This document shows positions 1 to 8,627 of a stretch of 64,000 bases of DNA, piece by piece. The number at the start of each line of letters is the position of its first letter. Within the stretch, counting starts at the first letter, position 1. Under the pieces are notes generated by a model. It searched no databases and was not told the origin of the DNA. It saw only the letters and a list, made by a program, of their open reading frames with translations. Both the position numbers and the translations under genes were made by a program. The DNA comes from Alphaproteobacteria bacterium. GTDB lineage: Bacteria > Pseudomonadota > Alphaproteobacteria > Rhizobiales > NORP267. The stretch covers positions 245-64,244 of the forward strand of contig JAQRMX010000013.1 in NCBI GenBank assembly GCA_028599125.1, in the 5' to 3' direction.

Positions 1-288
1 AATATGTTGAAGTTCTGTATTGTGCACATAATCAAGAAATTCTTTTGGTTCCACCCCATACAAGTTCATAAGTCCGTATAAGGTCGTACCATATCTGTGG
101 TAAAGATCCTTCTGTATCCTGTAGGCTTGTTCTGGTTTGATATCAAGCTTTGCAGCGATGTACATTTTCATACGCGCATCAATAGGATCAAACAGGTTAG
201 AATGTGCAGGATAGAGTGTATTATCAAGATCAAATATCCAGGTATCTACCTTTTTGAAGGGCTCAAAATTTTTTCCCTGTCTGCTCAT
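1..288 (-). CDS. HAD-superfamily hydrolase, pyrimidine 5'-nucleotidase-like (N-terminal 96 codons only; C-terminus lies beyond the window start)
   Basis: Not in the ORF track because it runs off the edge. My reverse-strand translation from ATG at 288 gives MSRQGKNFEPFKKVDTWIFDLDNTLYPAHSNLFDPIDARMKMYIAAKLDIKPEQAYRIQKDLYHRYGTTLYGLM... DLDNTLY is HAD motif I (DxDxT). The + strand ORF 97-390 is antisense to it. Confidence 0.7.
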   Translation of the reverse strand, partial: MSRQGKNFEPFKKVDTWIFDLDNTLYPAHSNLFDPIDARMKMYIAAKLDIKPEQAYRIQKDLYHRYGTTLYGLMNLYGVEPKEFLDYVHNTELQHI

Positions 289-390
289 TTGTTTTTCTGC
301 CTGTCTGTTGAGAATTCCAAACCTTTATCTGGTTTTGGAATTTTTATTTATTCTCTATTTTTTCCTATCTGGTTTTTTATTATTACGTAA

Positions 391-1326
391 TTATCGAATG
401 ATTGTCCCTTCACCGTGCTCTGTATAAAATTCAAGCAAAGTTGCATGAGGGGCTCGTCCATTAAGGATGACGCTACCGCACACACCACGGTCTATTGCTT
501 CAAGGCATGTTTCCACCTTCGGGATCATTCCTCCGCTGATTGTGCCGTCCCTGATTAGTTTGCGTGCCCTTTCCGGTGAAAGTTCTTTGATGAGATTCTG
601 TTCTTCATCCAGTACGCCATAAGTATCAGTAAGAAGCAGGAATCGCTCTGCGCGTAAAGCTCCGGCGATAGCCCCAGCGAAGGTATCGGCATTGATATTG
701 TAGGTTTCGTTTGTCGAGGGTGCGGTTGCAATGGGGGCAAGTACGGGAATGAGCCCGGATGTTGAAACGACATCAAGGATATGACAATCAACATGCTCCG
801 GTTCTCCGACAAAGCCTAGGTCAATAATTTTTTCAACATGCGAACCTGAATTTTCAACCTTATGAGTTATTTTGCGTGCTGTAAGCATATTCGCATCTTT
901 TCCGGACAATCCGATGGCACGTCCTCCAATAGCATTGATAGCACTGACGATTTGTTTATTGACATTACCAACCAGAACCATTTCGACGATTTCAATGGTT
1001 TCCTTATCTGTTAAACGCAAACCATCCTGAAATTTGCTTTTGATATTGAGCTTTGCGAGCATAGCGCTGATCTGCGGTCCCCCTCCATGTACAATGACAG
1101 GGCGTATGCCGGACTGTTTAAGCAGAACGATATCACGGGCAAAATCTTGAATAAGTGAGTGCTCTCCCATGGCGTGTCCTCCACATTTGATCACAACGGT
1201 CTTGTCTGTATAGCGTTGCATGAACGGCAGGGCTTCAGACAGGACGCGTGCCTTGTCATGTGATGTGAAAAGAGGGAAGGGAGAGGAGAAAGAGGCACCT
1301 TGTGCCATATGGTTCTTCCAGTACAA
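391..1326 (-). CDS. argB: acetylglutamate kinase
   Basis: 311-aa ORF with amino-acid-kinase motifs [11 protein letters not shown] and VHGGGPQI. The start could instead be the internal ATG at 1308 (MAQGASF...). Confidence 0.92.
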   Translation of the reverse strand: MYWKNHMAQGASFSSPFPLFTSHDKARVLSEALPFMQRYTDKTVVIKCGGHAMGEHSLIQDFARDIVLLKQSGIRPVIVHGGGPQISAMLAKLNIKSKFQDGLRLTDKETIEIVEMVLVGNVNKQIVSAINAIGGRAIGLSGKDANMLTARKITHKVENSGSHVEKIIDLGFVGEPEHVDCHILDVVSTSGLIPVLAPIATAPSTNETYNINADTFAGAIAGALRAERFLLLTDTYGVLDEEQNLIKELSPERARKLIRDGTISGGMIPKVETCLEAIDRGVCGSVILNGRAPHATLLEFYTEHGEGTIIR

Positions 1327-1391
1327 TAATAACTTGCGGGAGGGTGCATTTTGAGACCTTTGTGTGGCCGGGTCAAGATGCAGCTTGATTT

Positions 1392-2039
1392 TTAAGGCAG
1401 AGTAATCAGATCAGAAATTACAGTGCGCACATCTTCGAGTCCGTCTTTTTTGTGGCTTGATGTGGCTAAAATACCGGGATACGCTGCAGGCCTCTTTGTG
1501 AGAATCCGAAGAGTTTTCTCTTTTATTTCTTGCTGCTCATCTTTTTTGATCTTGTCAGTCTTTGTAAGAATCAGGTGGTAGACGACTGCGACCTTATCCA
1601 TCAGATCCATGATAGCCTCATCGCTGTCCCTAATCCCATGACGTGAATCAATCAAGAGGAAAACACGCTTTAATTGAGATCGTCCTGCCAGATAGAGTTT
1701 GATAAGGTCAGACCACATGGCTACTTTTTGTTTGGGGGCGCGCGCATAACCGTAACCTGGCATATCAACAAGGTAAGCCCGATCATCAAGGTTAAAAAAA
1801 TTCAGCTCACGGGTGCGGCCGGGTGTATTTGATATTTTTGCAAGTGTTTTTCGTCCTGTGAGAGCGTTTACGAGGCTTGATTTTCCAACATTGGAGCGAC
1901 CGGCGAAGGCAATTTCAGACTGATCCAGCGGAGGAAATTGTGTTGGCGATGCTGCCGAGATCAAAAAATAGCACGTTCCAAAGAACAGCTTCTTTTCTCG
2001 TTTAAGTGTATCTTCCTGCAATTCATGATCGTTCAGCAT
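1392..2039 (-). CDS. engB: ribosome-biogenesis GTPase EngB/YihA
   Basis: G1 [16 protein letters not shown]3 DMPGYGYA, G4 TKTDK. It sits in the conserved position downstream of yidC. Confidence 0.9.
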   Translation of the reverse strand: MLNDHELQEDTLKREKKLFFGTCYFLISAASPTQFPPLDQSEIAFAGRSNVGKSSLVNALTGRKTLAKISNTPGRTRELNFFNLDDRAYLVDMPGYGYARAPKQKVAMWSDLIKLYLAGRSQLKRVFLLIDSRHGIRDSDEAIMDLMDKVAVVYHLILTKTDKIKKDEQQEIKEKTLRILTKRPAAYPGILATSSHKKDGLEDVRTVISDLITLP

Positions 2040-2050
2040 GAGAGTTATAT

Positions 2051-3856
2051 TTATGTATTTTTTTTGTTATCAGGCGGTGAATCAGACCAAATTATGGTTT
2101 TCAGATTGTGCCACAATTCTACCTTGCTTCCTGTGAATTTCATGATAACGATCTGCTGGATGATGGAGAGAAAATTATTCCATGTCCAGTAGATGATCAA
2201 CCCGGCAGGGAAAGATGCAAGCATAAGAGTGAAAATGATAGGCATCCAGTTGAAAAGCATCGCCTGAAAGGGATCAGGTGGAGCCGGATTAAGCCGCATC
2301 TGGACAAACATGGTAATGCCCATAAGTATTGGCCAGATACCAATTACCATTATACTACCGATGAAAGGCAGTGTTGAGGGATCCCAGGGAATAAGGCCGA
2401 ATAGATTGAAAATATTTTGAGGATCAGGGGCAGCGAGGTCTTTGATCCACCCGAAGAAGGGCGCATGGCGCATTTCAATCGTGATAAATAAAACCTTGTA
2501 GAGCGCAAAGAAAAAGGGAATCTGAGCAATCATCGGGAGGCAGCCTGCGGCTGGATTTATTTTTTTCTCCTTATAGAATTTTATCATTTCTTGTTGTTGT
2601 CTTTTATGATCATCTTGATACTGATCTCGAATTTTAAGCAGTTCAGGCTGCAGGATCTTCATTCGGCTCATGGCTGCATAGGATTTATATGCCAGAGGAA
2701 AGAGAAGGAGCTTAATCAGGACAGTGACGATAAGAATCGAAAGACCAAAATTACCGGCAAGTTTGTAAAAGAAGTCCATTATGAAAAAGAGCGGCTTTGT
2801 GATGAAGTAGAACAGCCCCCAGTCAATGAGTAGGTCAAATTTATAGATTTCTGCTGTTTTTTTGTATTGACTGATGACATCTACTTCTTTGGCTCCAGTG
2901 AAGAGCCAGGTTGTTGTCTGCGTTGTTGCTTTCGGGCGAATTTCCTTCTTATCATACAAGAAAGAGGTTTGATAAATGAAATCTCCACTATTTTGAAAGG
3001 AGGAAATCGTTGCTCTGTAAGGAGCGTTCTGGTCTGGAATAAGAACGGCACTCCAGTATTTATCCGTAATGCCGAGCCAGCCTCTTTTACTACTGATTTC
3101 GAGGGGCAATACATCCTGTATATCCTCGTAGGAGATTTTTTTTACACCTTCCTTTTCACCAAGTACGCCGACTATTCCTTCATGAAGAAGGTAATTACCG
3201 TTGATGGTCGGAGTCCCATAACGTCTGATCATGCTATAGGGGTAGACTGAAACGGTTGTCTCTCCCTTGTTTTCGATTTCATCCGAAATCGTGATCATAT
3301 ACTCGTTGTCAATTGAAAATTTGCGTCTAAAAATCAAGCCTTCACCATTGTCATAAAAAAGAGTGACAGGTGTGGAGGGTGTAAGGGTTTGATTCTGCTT
3401 AACCTTCCAGATTGTTTGCTCATTCGGCAATTTGGAATGTATACTGGTTGGATTCTTCCATCCCGTTCTGGAGAAATAAGGGTCTTCTGTGCCTTCCGGG
3501 GAAAACAGGGCTATATTTTTACTCTCCGGGTCAATTGTCGTGCGATATTTTTTAAAGAAAATGTGATCTATTCGTCCATCCCGCAGATTTATTGATCCTC
3601 CGAGGTTTGAAGTTTCAATTTTCACTTTCAGCTGTCCGTCTACGTTTTCCTTCTGGTAACCTGTTCCGGAGAGTGGCGGTGGTGCCCCTGCCTGGCCATC
3701 TGAATAGGACGGTCTCTGAACGGTGACAGTCTGCATCGTTTCATTTTTCAGTTTTTGCTTTTTTATGACCGGCAGGCCGAAGAAATATTGCCATGAGACA
3801 AGGATGACTGCAGACAGTGTGAATGCCAGAATTGTGTTTCTGTTGTTATCCATCAT
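2051..3856 (-). CDS. yidC: membrane protein insertase YidC
   Basis: 601 aa with an N-terminal TM helix, a large periplasmic domain and the C-terminal insertase core (MKILQPELLKIRDQY...KINPAAGCLPMIAQIPFFFALYKVL). It lies downstream of rnpA. Confidence 0.93.
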   Translation of the reverse strand: MMDNNRNTILAFTLSAVILVSWQYFFGLPVIKKQKLKNETMQTVTVQRPSYSDGQAGAPPPLSGTGYQKENVDGQLKVKIETSNLGGSINLRDGRIDHIFFKKYRTTIDPESKNIALFSPEGTEDPYFSRTGWKNPTSIHSKLPNEQTIWKVKQNQTLTPSTPVTLFYDNGEGLIFRRKFSIDNEYMITISDEIENKGETTVSVYPYSMIRRYGTPTINGNYLLHEGIVGVLGEKEGVKKISYEDIQDVLPLEISSKRGWLGITDKYWSAVLIPDQNAPYRATISSFQNSGDFIYQTSFLYDKKEIRPKATTQTTTWLFTGAKEVDVISQYKKTAEIYKFDLLIDWGLFYFITKPLFFIMDFFYKLAGNFGLSILIVTVLIKLLLFPLAYKSYAAMSRMKILQPELLKIRDQYQDDHKRQQQEMIKFYKEKKINPAAGCLPMIAQIPFFFALYKVLFITIEMRHAPFFGWIKDLAAPDPQNIFNLFGLIPWDPSTLPFIGSIMVIGIWPILMGITMFVQMRLNPAPPDPFQAMLFNWMPIIFTLMLASFPAGLIIYWTWNNFLSIIQQIVIMKFTGSKVELWHNLKTIIWSDSPPDNKKNT

Positions 3857-3887
3857 TCAGCTTCCGTTGAGTTCTGGAATCCATACC

Positions 3888-4340
3888 TCATTTCCTGTCC
3901 TCCGGCGGCTTGTTTTGATATGTCTGATTTGCCTTGCGTGCCTGTTTTCCGCTGCTTACCGTTTCTCTTATTTTTTCAGGCTTTCTTACTTTATTCTTTA
4001 TACCTGCTTTCAGTCCCTGCGCCAACGTTGCTACTAAATGATCAAAGGGAGCTTTCGGAGTTTTGTTTTTGGCGACCAAGACATAATCATAGCCCCCAAG
4101 ATCTGGACTAATGCTTCTTTCTTCTTTCAAGACGCGCAAAAGAGCCTCTTTGAGGCGACGTCTTACCTTGTTGCGAACAACAGCGTTGCCGATTTTTTTT
4201 GTTACCGTAAAACCGAAACGTGCCTTTTTCAGAGGCATTTCATGCTGTTTCCTGAATTGCAAAATAAAGAAAGGGCTACTCCATCTGTGCCCACGGGCGA
4301 CCTTGAGGAACTGTGACCGCTTGTTGAGGGATTGGATCAT
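3888..4340 (-). CDS. rnpA: RNase P protein component, with a basic C-terminal extension
   Basis: FGFTVTKKIGNAVVRNKVRRRLKEA block. It sits in the rpmH-rnpA-yidC arrangement. At 150 aa it is somewhat long because of a K/R/Q-rich tail. Confidence 0.85.
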   Translation of the reverse strand: MIQSLNKRSQFLKVARGHRWSSPFFILQFRKQHEMPLKKARFGFTVTKKIGNAVVRNKVRRRLKEALLRVLKEERSISPDLGGYDYVLVAKNKTPKAPFDHLVATLAQGLKAGIKNKVRKPEKIRETVSSGKQARKANQTYQNKPPEDRK

Positions 4341-4405
4341 ATCTTTCGAAGCCTGCTTTCCCTACAGATCGGGCATTCGGCATTACACGCAGATCTGTGA
4401 AAGCA

Positions 4406-4540
4406 TTATGCTGAAAGACGCTTCCTACAACGCGCACGCCGCCGGGAGAGGATTCTTGCTCCTCCAACAGTCGCCTTTCGGGCACGATATCCGTGACGAC
4501 GTTTACGTACCAATCTGCTTGGCTGATAAGTCCGCTTCAC
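4406..4540 (-). CDS. rpmH: 50S ribosomal protein L34
   Basis: Below the ORF-track size cutoff. My translation from GTG at 4540 gives (M)[43 protein letters not shown], 44 codons plus TAA at 4406-4408. An AGGGGGA Shine-Dalgarno lies just upstream. Confidence 0.92.
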   Translation of the reverse strand: MKRTYQPSRLVRKRRHGYRARKATVGGARILSRRRARCRKRLSA

Positions 4541-4903
4541 GGAAGATCCCCCTTGCTGGCTTCTCCTACCCCAGCAGGCATACCGGCTGGGACGATCCTT
4601 TTCATTCCTTCGCTGCGTTTTCTTTAACTGACCAGCCAGCTTCTTCTTTATCGCAAAAAACAGTCACCGAGAAAAATAGTCAAACAAAAAACAGGTGTAC
4701 ATCTCCACGGATCAAAACAAGATAAGAAGGGCAATAAAGGCAAAACACAAAGGCGAAGCAAATTATAGGACAGTGGGTGAAAGCCTGTCAAGCTATGGAG
4801 CGGTGTACGTTTGCGGTAATGTGAAAAAGGATTGAAAAAAGAGACGACGCGGTTGATGTGCATGATTGGCTGTATAAAGGCGTTTTATCCTTGTCTGGTT
4901 TTA

Positions 4904-4945
4904 TTTTGATATTTCTTTCCGTATTTTTGATATTTCTTTCCGTAT
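4904..4945. repeat. perfect tandem duplication, 21 bp x2 (TTTTGATATTTCTTTCCGTAT)
   Basis: Read directly from the sequence. Intergenic, between rpmH and tRNA-Arg. Confidence 0.95.
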
Positions 4946-5063
4946 TCATGATTCTCCCCTAAGGGACGTACAGGGAATGCGCTTGCTTTTACACGGTAAA
5001 TGAAGTAGATTTCGCTTCATCTCAGGTGGCTTCGGCGAGATTGGGTCGTGCGCCGTTTTTTTT

Positions 5064-5140
5064 ACGCCCGTAGCTCAGCTGGATAGAGCACCAGACTACG
5101 AATCTGGGGGTCGGAGGTTCGAATCCTTCCGGGCGTACCA
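5064..5140 (+). tRNA. tRNA-Arg (anticodon ACG)
   Basis: 77 nt. The acceptor ACGCCCG/CGGGCGT has 7 paired bases. D arm is GCTCAGCTGGATAGAGC. Anticodon stem is CCAGA/TCTGG with loop CTACGAA. T arm is GGAGGTTCGAATCCTTC. CCA is encoded. Confidence 0.92.
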
Positions 5141-5550
5141 TTTATTTCTGCATTCTTTATGTTTTCGGTTGCTTTTTTGTAGACGATCTGTCTTTCATTT
5201 TTTCTGCTTTTTTGACCCTTTGTCCCCATTTTATTGGAGGAGAGGTTTCTTTACATTCAGGCCTTTTATTTTTTATCCTGAAAAAAGTGAAATATTCTAT
5301 CCTGTTATAGGGATTAAAGGGCTTGAACGTTTGTTTATACGTCTTGTTTCAGGTTCGTTTTTTTTCTTTTACGGATTTTATCTGTTTTTCTCACCTTTTT
5401 TCTATCCCTTTGGACTTTATGTGTAAATAATATGTAGATATTGGGCGAAAGTTACTGATGATAAGGCAAACGGTAGGACAAATTTTTGCGAGCAGGCCTG
5501 TTTTTTGAGGATGCAGGGCATATACCCTCGTTTAGGGATATGTTCCCTCC

Positions 5551-5616
5551 TTTATCAGGAGTTTATCAGGAGTTTATCAGGAGTTTATCAGGAGTTTATC
5601 AGGAGTTTATCAGGAG
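5551..5616. repeat. perfect tandem array, 11 bp x6 (TTTATCAGGAG)
   Basis: Six exact head-to-tail copies read directly from the sequence. Intergenic, about 445 bp upstream of the pstS ATG. Confidence 0.97.
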
Positions 5617-6059
5617 GCATTTTTTGTCTTTGGTTCCGTACGTTGTTCCCGAGCCTGTTATCTTTGCAGCTTCTATATGGTCCACAGATTCTGCTTGCTG
5701 AATTTTCAATATGAAATACAGGAATGAACCTTGCCGCGCCCTTTCGATCTTGACTGAACCTGTCCGAGTTCAACCATATTGGAATGAATTTGAGATGAAA
5801 TAAAGAAAGGGTTGAGAGGTAGGGTTTGATTGTTGGATAGCTTATTAAAGGCCATCCCTTATCTTTCCCGCCGCTTTTATTCGTATCACATACAGGGGAT
5901 TGATAACCATTCATCTTTGTTGATAAGTGAGGTCGGTAGTGCCGATCGTATTATCATATGACTCTTTCGTGCTACGATAATTGCTCATGGGGTTGCAGCG
6001 CTTCACGTGCCTTATGGAGTGCTTTCTGTTGTTATGTTAAGATATTGAGGAAAAGAAGA

Positions 6060-7094
6060 ATGGCAGGAGGATTTGTGAAGTACTTTCTGATCGTGCTTGC
6101 TTTTATTTTTGTGTCAGGTTTTGTAGTGGCCCGTGAGAGGGTCTTGATTGTAGGTTCATCAACAGTTTTTCCATTTTCTGCAACCGTTGCCGAAAGATTC
6201 GGTCAGAGAACAAGGTTTAAAACGCCCATTGTTGAAGTAAATGGTACAGGGGGGGGGATGAAGTTGTTCTGCGCGGGTCTAGGCGCTGAATATCCTGATA
6301 TTGTGAATGCCTCACGTCAGATTAGGGAGAGTGAATGGCTTCAGTGTCAGGCGAATGGAATTTCCGTAATAGAAGTGAAGGTTGGTCTTGATGCTGTTGT
6401 GATTGCAAATTCGATTTCTGGTCCGGAATTTGAATTGACTTTTGCAGATATTTTTCAGGCCCTGGCGAGGCATGTAGTGATTGATGGTAAATTGACAGCC
6501 AATCCTTACCGAACGTGGAGGGATGTTAATCCTGCGCTCCCTGACATTGAGATCAGGGTTTTTGGTCCACCGATGACGTCAGGGACACGAGACTCTCTCT
6601 CTGAGCTTATCATGGAAAGCGGTTCTGTGATATTCCCTGCTTTGCGTTTGCTTGCAAAAAGTGATCTCGGAGCGTTTCGGAAGGTAGCTCATGGATTTCG
6701 CGAGGATGGACATTTTATTGAGGCAGGTGAAAACGACAATTTGATTGTCCAGAAACTGATAGCCAATCCGACCTCATTTGGGATTTTCGGTTTTTCTTTC
6801 CTTAATCAGAATGCGGGCAAAGTGAAGGGGCTCAGGATTGAAGGAGCGCGGCCCGACTTTGATACGATTTCATCTGGTTTTTATCGTGTTTCACGACCAG
6901 TGTACATTTACATAAAAAAAGAACATATCGGCATTATTTCTGGTTTGAAGGAATATATTGCTGAATATACCTCAGAGAGAGCGTTGGGTGATGAAGGCTA
7001 TTTGGCGGATAAGGGCCTGATATCTTTTCCTCCGGACGAGCGGGAGCGTATTGCCCGGATAGCCCGTGAGATGGTTGTTCTGTCATGGCCGTGA
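6060..7094 (+). CDS. pstS: phosphate ABC transporter substrate-binding protein PstS
   Basis: Signal peptide MAGGFVKYFLIVLAFIFVSGFVVA, then the GSSTVFPF block typical of PstS/PhoT-family binding proteins. GAGGA lies about 9 nt upstream of ATG 6060. The track ORF starts earlier at 5958, which is probably an over-extension. Confidence 0.88.
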   Translation: MAGGFVKYFLIVLAFIFVSGFVVARERVLIVGSSTVFPFSATVAERFGQRTRFKTPIVEVNGTGGGMKLFCAGLGAEYPDIVNASRQIRESEWLQCQANGISVIEVKVGLDAVVIANSISGPEFELTFADIFQALARHVVIDGKLTANPYRTWRDVNPALPDIEIRVFGPPMTSGTRDSLSELIMESGSVIFPALRLLAKSDLGAFRKVAHGFREDGHFIEAGENDNLIVQKLIANPTSFGIFGFSFLNQNAGKVKGLRIEGARPDFDTISSGFYRVSRPVYIYIKKEHIGIISGLKEYIAEYTSERALGDEGYLADKGLISFPPDERERIARIAREMVVLSWP

Positions 7095-7232
7095 ATCATT
7101 CTTTCGTAAGGCGGCTGAAAAGAGGGGCTGATCCGGTTTTTACTTTTGCCAGATGGGTTGAATCTGTCGGAATATAGACGATTTTTATCTGCTTCCGGGG
7201 TGCATACCTCGTGACAAGGAATTGGCGGAGAT

Positions 7233-8627
7233 ATGACGAGTGTTGCTTTTCTTGCTGTTTTTATTTGGGCTTTCATTGGTTATTACAGCGCGCGCGCGCG
7301 CGCGCTGTATCTGGTGGGCGGGGTTGTGCGGGATTTGAATTCTTTGCCGCGGTATTACGGCTTTTTTGTTGCTTTATGTATTTTGCTTCCGGGTTTTTTA
7401 TTTTTTTTCCTTTGGAAGTCACTCTCTTCCTTTTTTCTGGAAAAGCGTATTCTTTTTTTCTTTTCTGACCGTATTTCTGACTTTTCTTCCTTGGAGGTCA
7501 ATGCTTTTCTTCGGAATGTTCCGGGGTTTTCTGACCGTATTCAAAGCGCAGGTAGGGGACCGATTTCTGAGAAGACTGACTTACTTTTTGATGCGTCCGT
7601 TCTTTATGCCCATGATCAATGGTTGTGTAATATCGCTCTTGTTTTTTTGACATTTCTGGTTTGTTTTCTTTGTTTTATGAGGGCCTTGCATTTGGTAACG
7701 CCGTGTATGCGTGCCCGTGCCCGTGTCGAGAGTTTTATCTGGTGGGTTCTAGCTTGTAGTTCAGCCGTAGCTGTGTTGACCAGCATCGGTATTCTCATGT
7801 CCCTGCTTGTTCAGGCCTTCCGTTTTTTCAGTATTGTCCCTGTTCATGAGTTTCTCTTCGGTTTGCATTGGAGCCCACAATTGTCTATGCGTCCGGATCA
7901 GTTCGCGGGTTCGGGTACATTTGGTGCTGTTCCGTTATTTGTTGGTACGGCCTTGATCACAGTGATTGCGATGTGTATTGCCACGCCGATAGGCTTGATG
8001 TCTGCGATTTATCTTTCGGATTATGCAAGCCTAGGATTTCGTGCATGGGCAAAACCGGTCTTAGAAATTCTGTCAGGAATTCCGACGGTTGTTTATGGTT
8101 TTTTTGCTGCCCTGACTGTTGCCCCATTGATTCGCTATTACGGGGAATTGCTTGGGCTTGGCGTTGCAGCGGAGAGTGCACTTGCCGCTGGTTTGGTTAT
8201 GGGGATCATGATTATCCCCTTTGTTTCCTCTTTGTCTGACGATGTTATTTGCGCTGTTCCACAATCTTTGCGTGATGGATCAGCGGCTCTAGGAGCGACA
8301 AAAACAGAAACAGTAATCAAAGTTATCCTTCCTGCGGCTTTTTCCGGTATCGTCAATGCTTTGTTGTTAGCGGTTGGCCGTGCGGTGGGTGAAACCATGA
8401 TCGTGGTGATGGCAGCTGGTCTTGCTCCGAATCTGACCCTGAATCCTCTGGACGTTGTCACGACAGTTACGGTACAAATAATGGCTTTACTCTCCGGTGA
8501 TCAAGAATTTGATAATCCGGGGACTCTTGCTGCTTTTGCACTTAGTCTTGTCTTATTTTTTGTGACGTTTATACTCAATCTTACTGCTTTACGTGTGGTT
8601 CGGAAGTACAGGGAGCGGTATGATTGA
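7233..8627 (+). CDS. pstC: phosphate ABC transporter permease PstC (long alphaproteobacterial form)
   Basis: 464 aa, polytopic, with the EAA-type permease core (SLRDGSAALGATKTETVIKVILPAA). It lies between pstS and pstA. Confidence 0.9.
   Translation: MTSVAFLAVFIWAFIGYYSARARALYLVGGVVRDLNSLPRYYGFFVALCILLPGFLFFFLWKSLSSFFLEKRILFFFSDRISDFSSLEVNAFLRNVPGFSDRIQSAGRGPISEKTDLLFDASVLYAHDQWLCNIALVFLTFLVCFLCFMRALHLVTPCMRARARVESFIWWVLACSSAVAVLTSIGILMSLLVQAFRFFSIVPVHEFLFGLHWSPQLSMRPDQFAGSGTFGAVPLFVGTALITVIAMCIATPIGLMSAIYLSDYASLGFRAWAKPVLEILSGIPTVVYGFFAALTVAPLIRYYGELLGLGVAAESALAAGLVMGIMIIPFVSSLSDDVICAVPQSLRDGSAALGATKTETVIKVILPAAFSGIVNALLLAVGRAVGETMIVVMAAGLAPNLTLNPLDVVTTVTVQIMALLSGDQEFDNPGTLAAFALSLVLFFVTFILNLTALRVVRKYRERYD
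7288..7303. repeat. (GC)8 dinucleotide tract, centre of the 22-nt perfect palindrome ACAG(CG)7CTGT (7285-7306)
   Basis: Read directly from the sequence. It lies in pstC codons 19-24 and encodes SARARA. Confidence 0.97.

Noticed and set aside
97-390. Track ORF 97-390 (+), 97 aa
   Set aside because: It is antisense to the edge-truncated HAD hydrolase gene (1-288, minus strand), which has a clear DxDxT motif. The product of the + strand ORF is low-complexity F/I-rich.
4111-4725. Track ORF 4111-4725 (+), 204 aa, together with 4276-4485 (-) and 4038-4316 (+)
   Set aside because: They overlap rnpA and the 44-codon rpmH in antisense or the wrong frame. rpmH (4406-4540, minus strand) explains the region.
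5551-5616. Possible CRISPR array, here or at the other tandem repeats
   Set aside because: The units are directly adjacent with no spacers, are only 11-27 bp long, and there are no cas genes in the window.
5486-5714. Track ORFs 5486-5701 and 5505-5714 (+), with repeated SGVYQEFIR peptides
   Set aside because: They are read-through of the 11-bp x6 array. 11 is not a multiple of 3, hence the rotating frames. There is no start context or coding signal.
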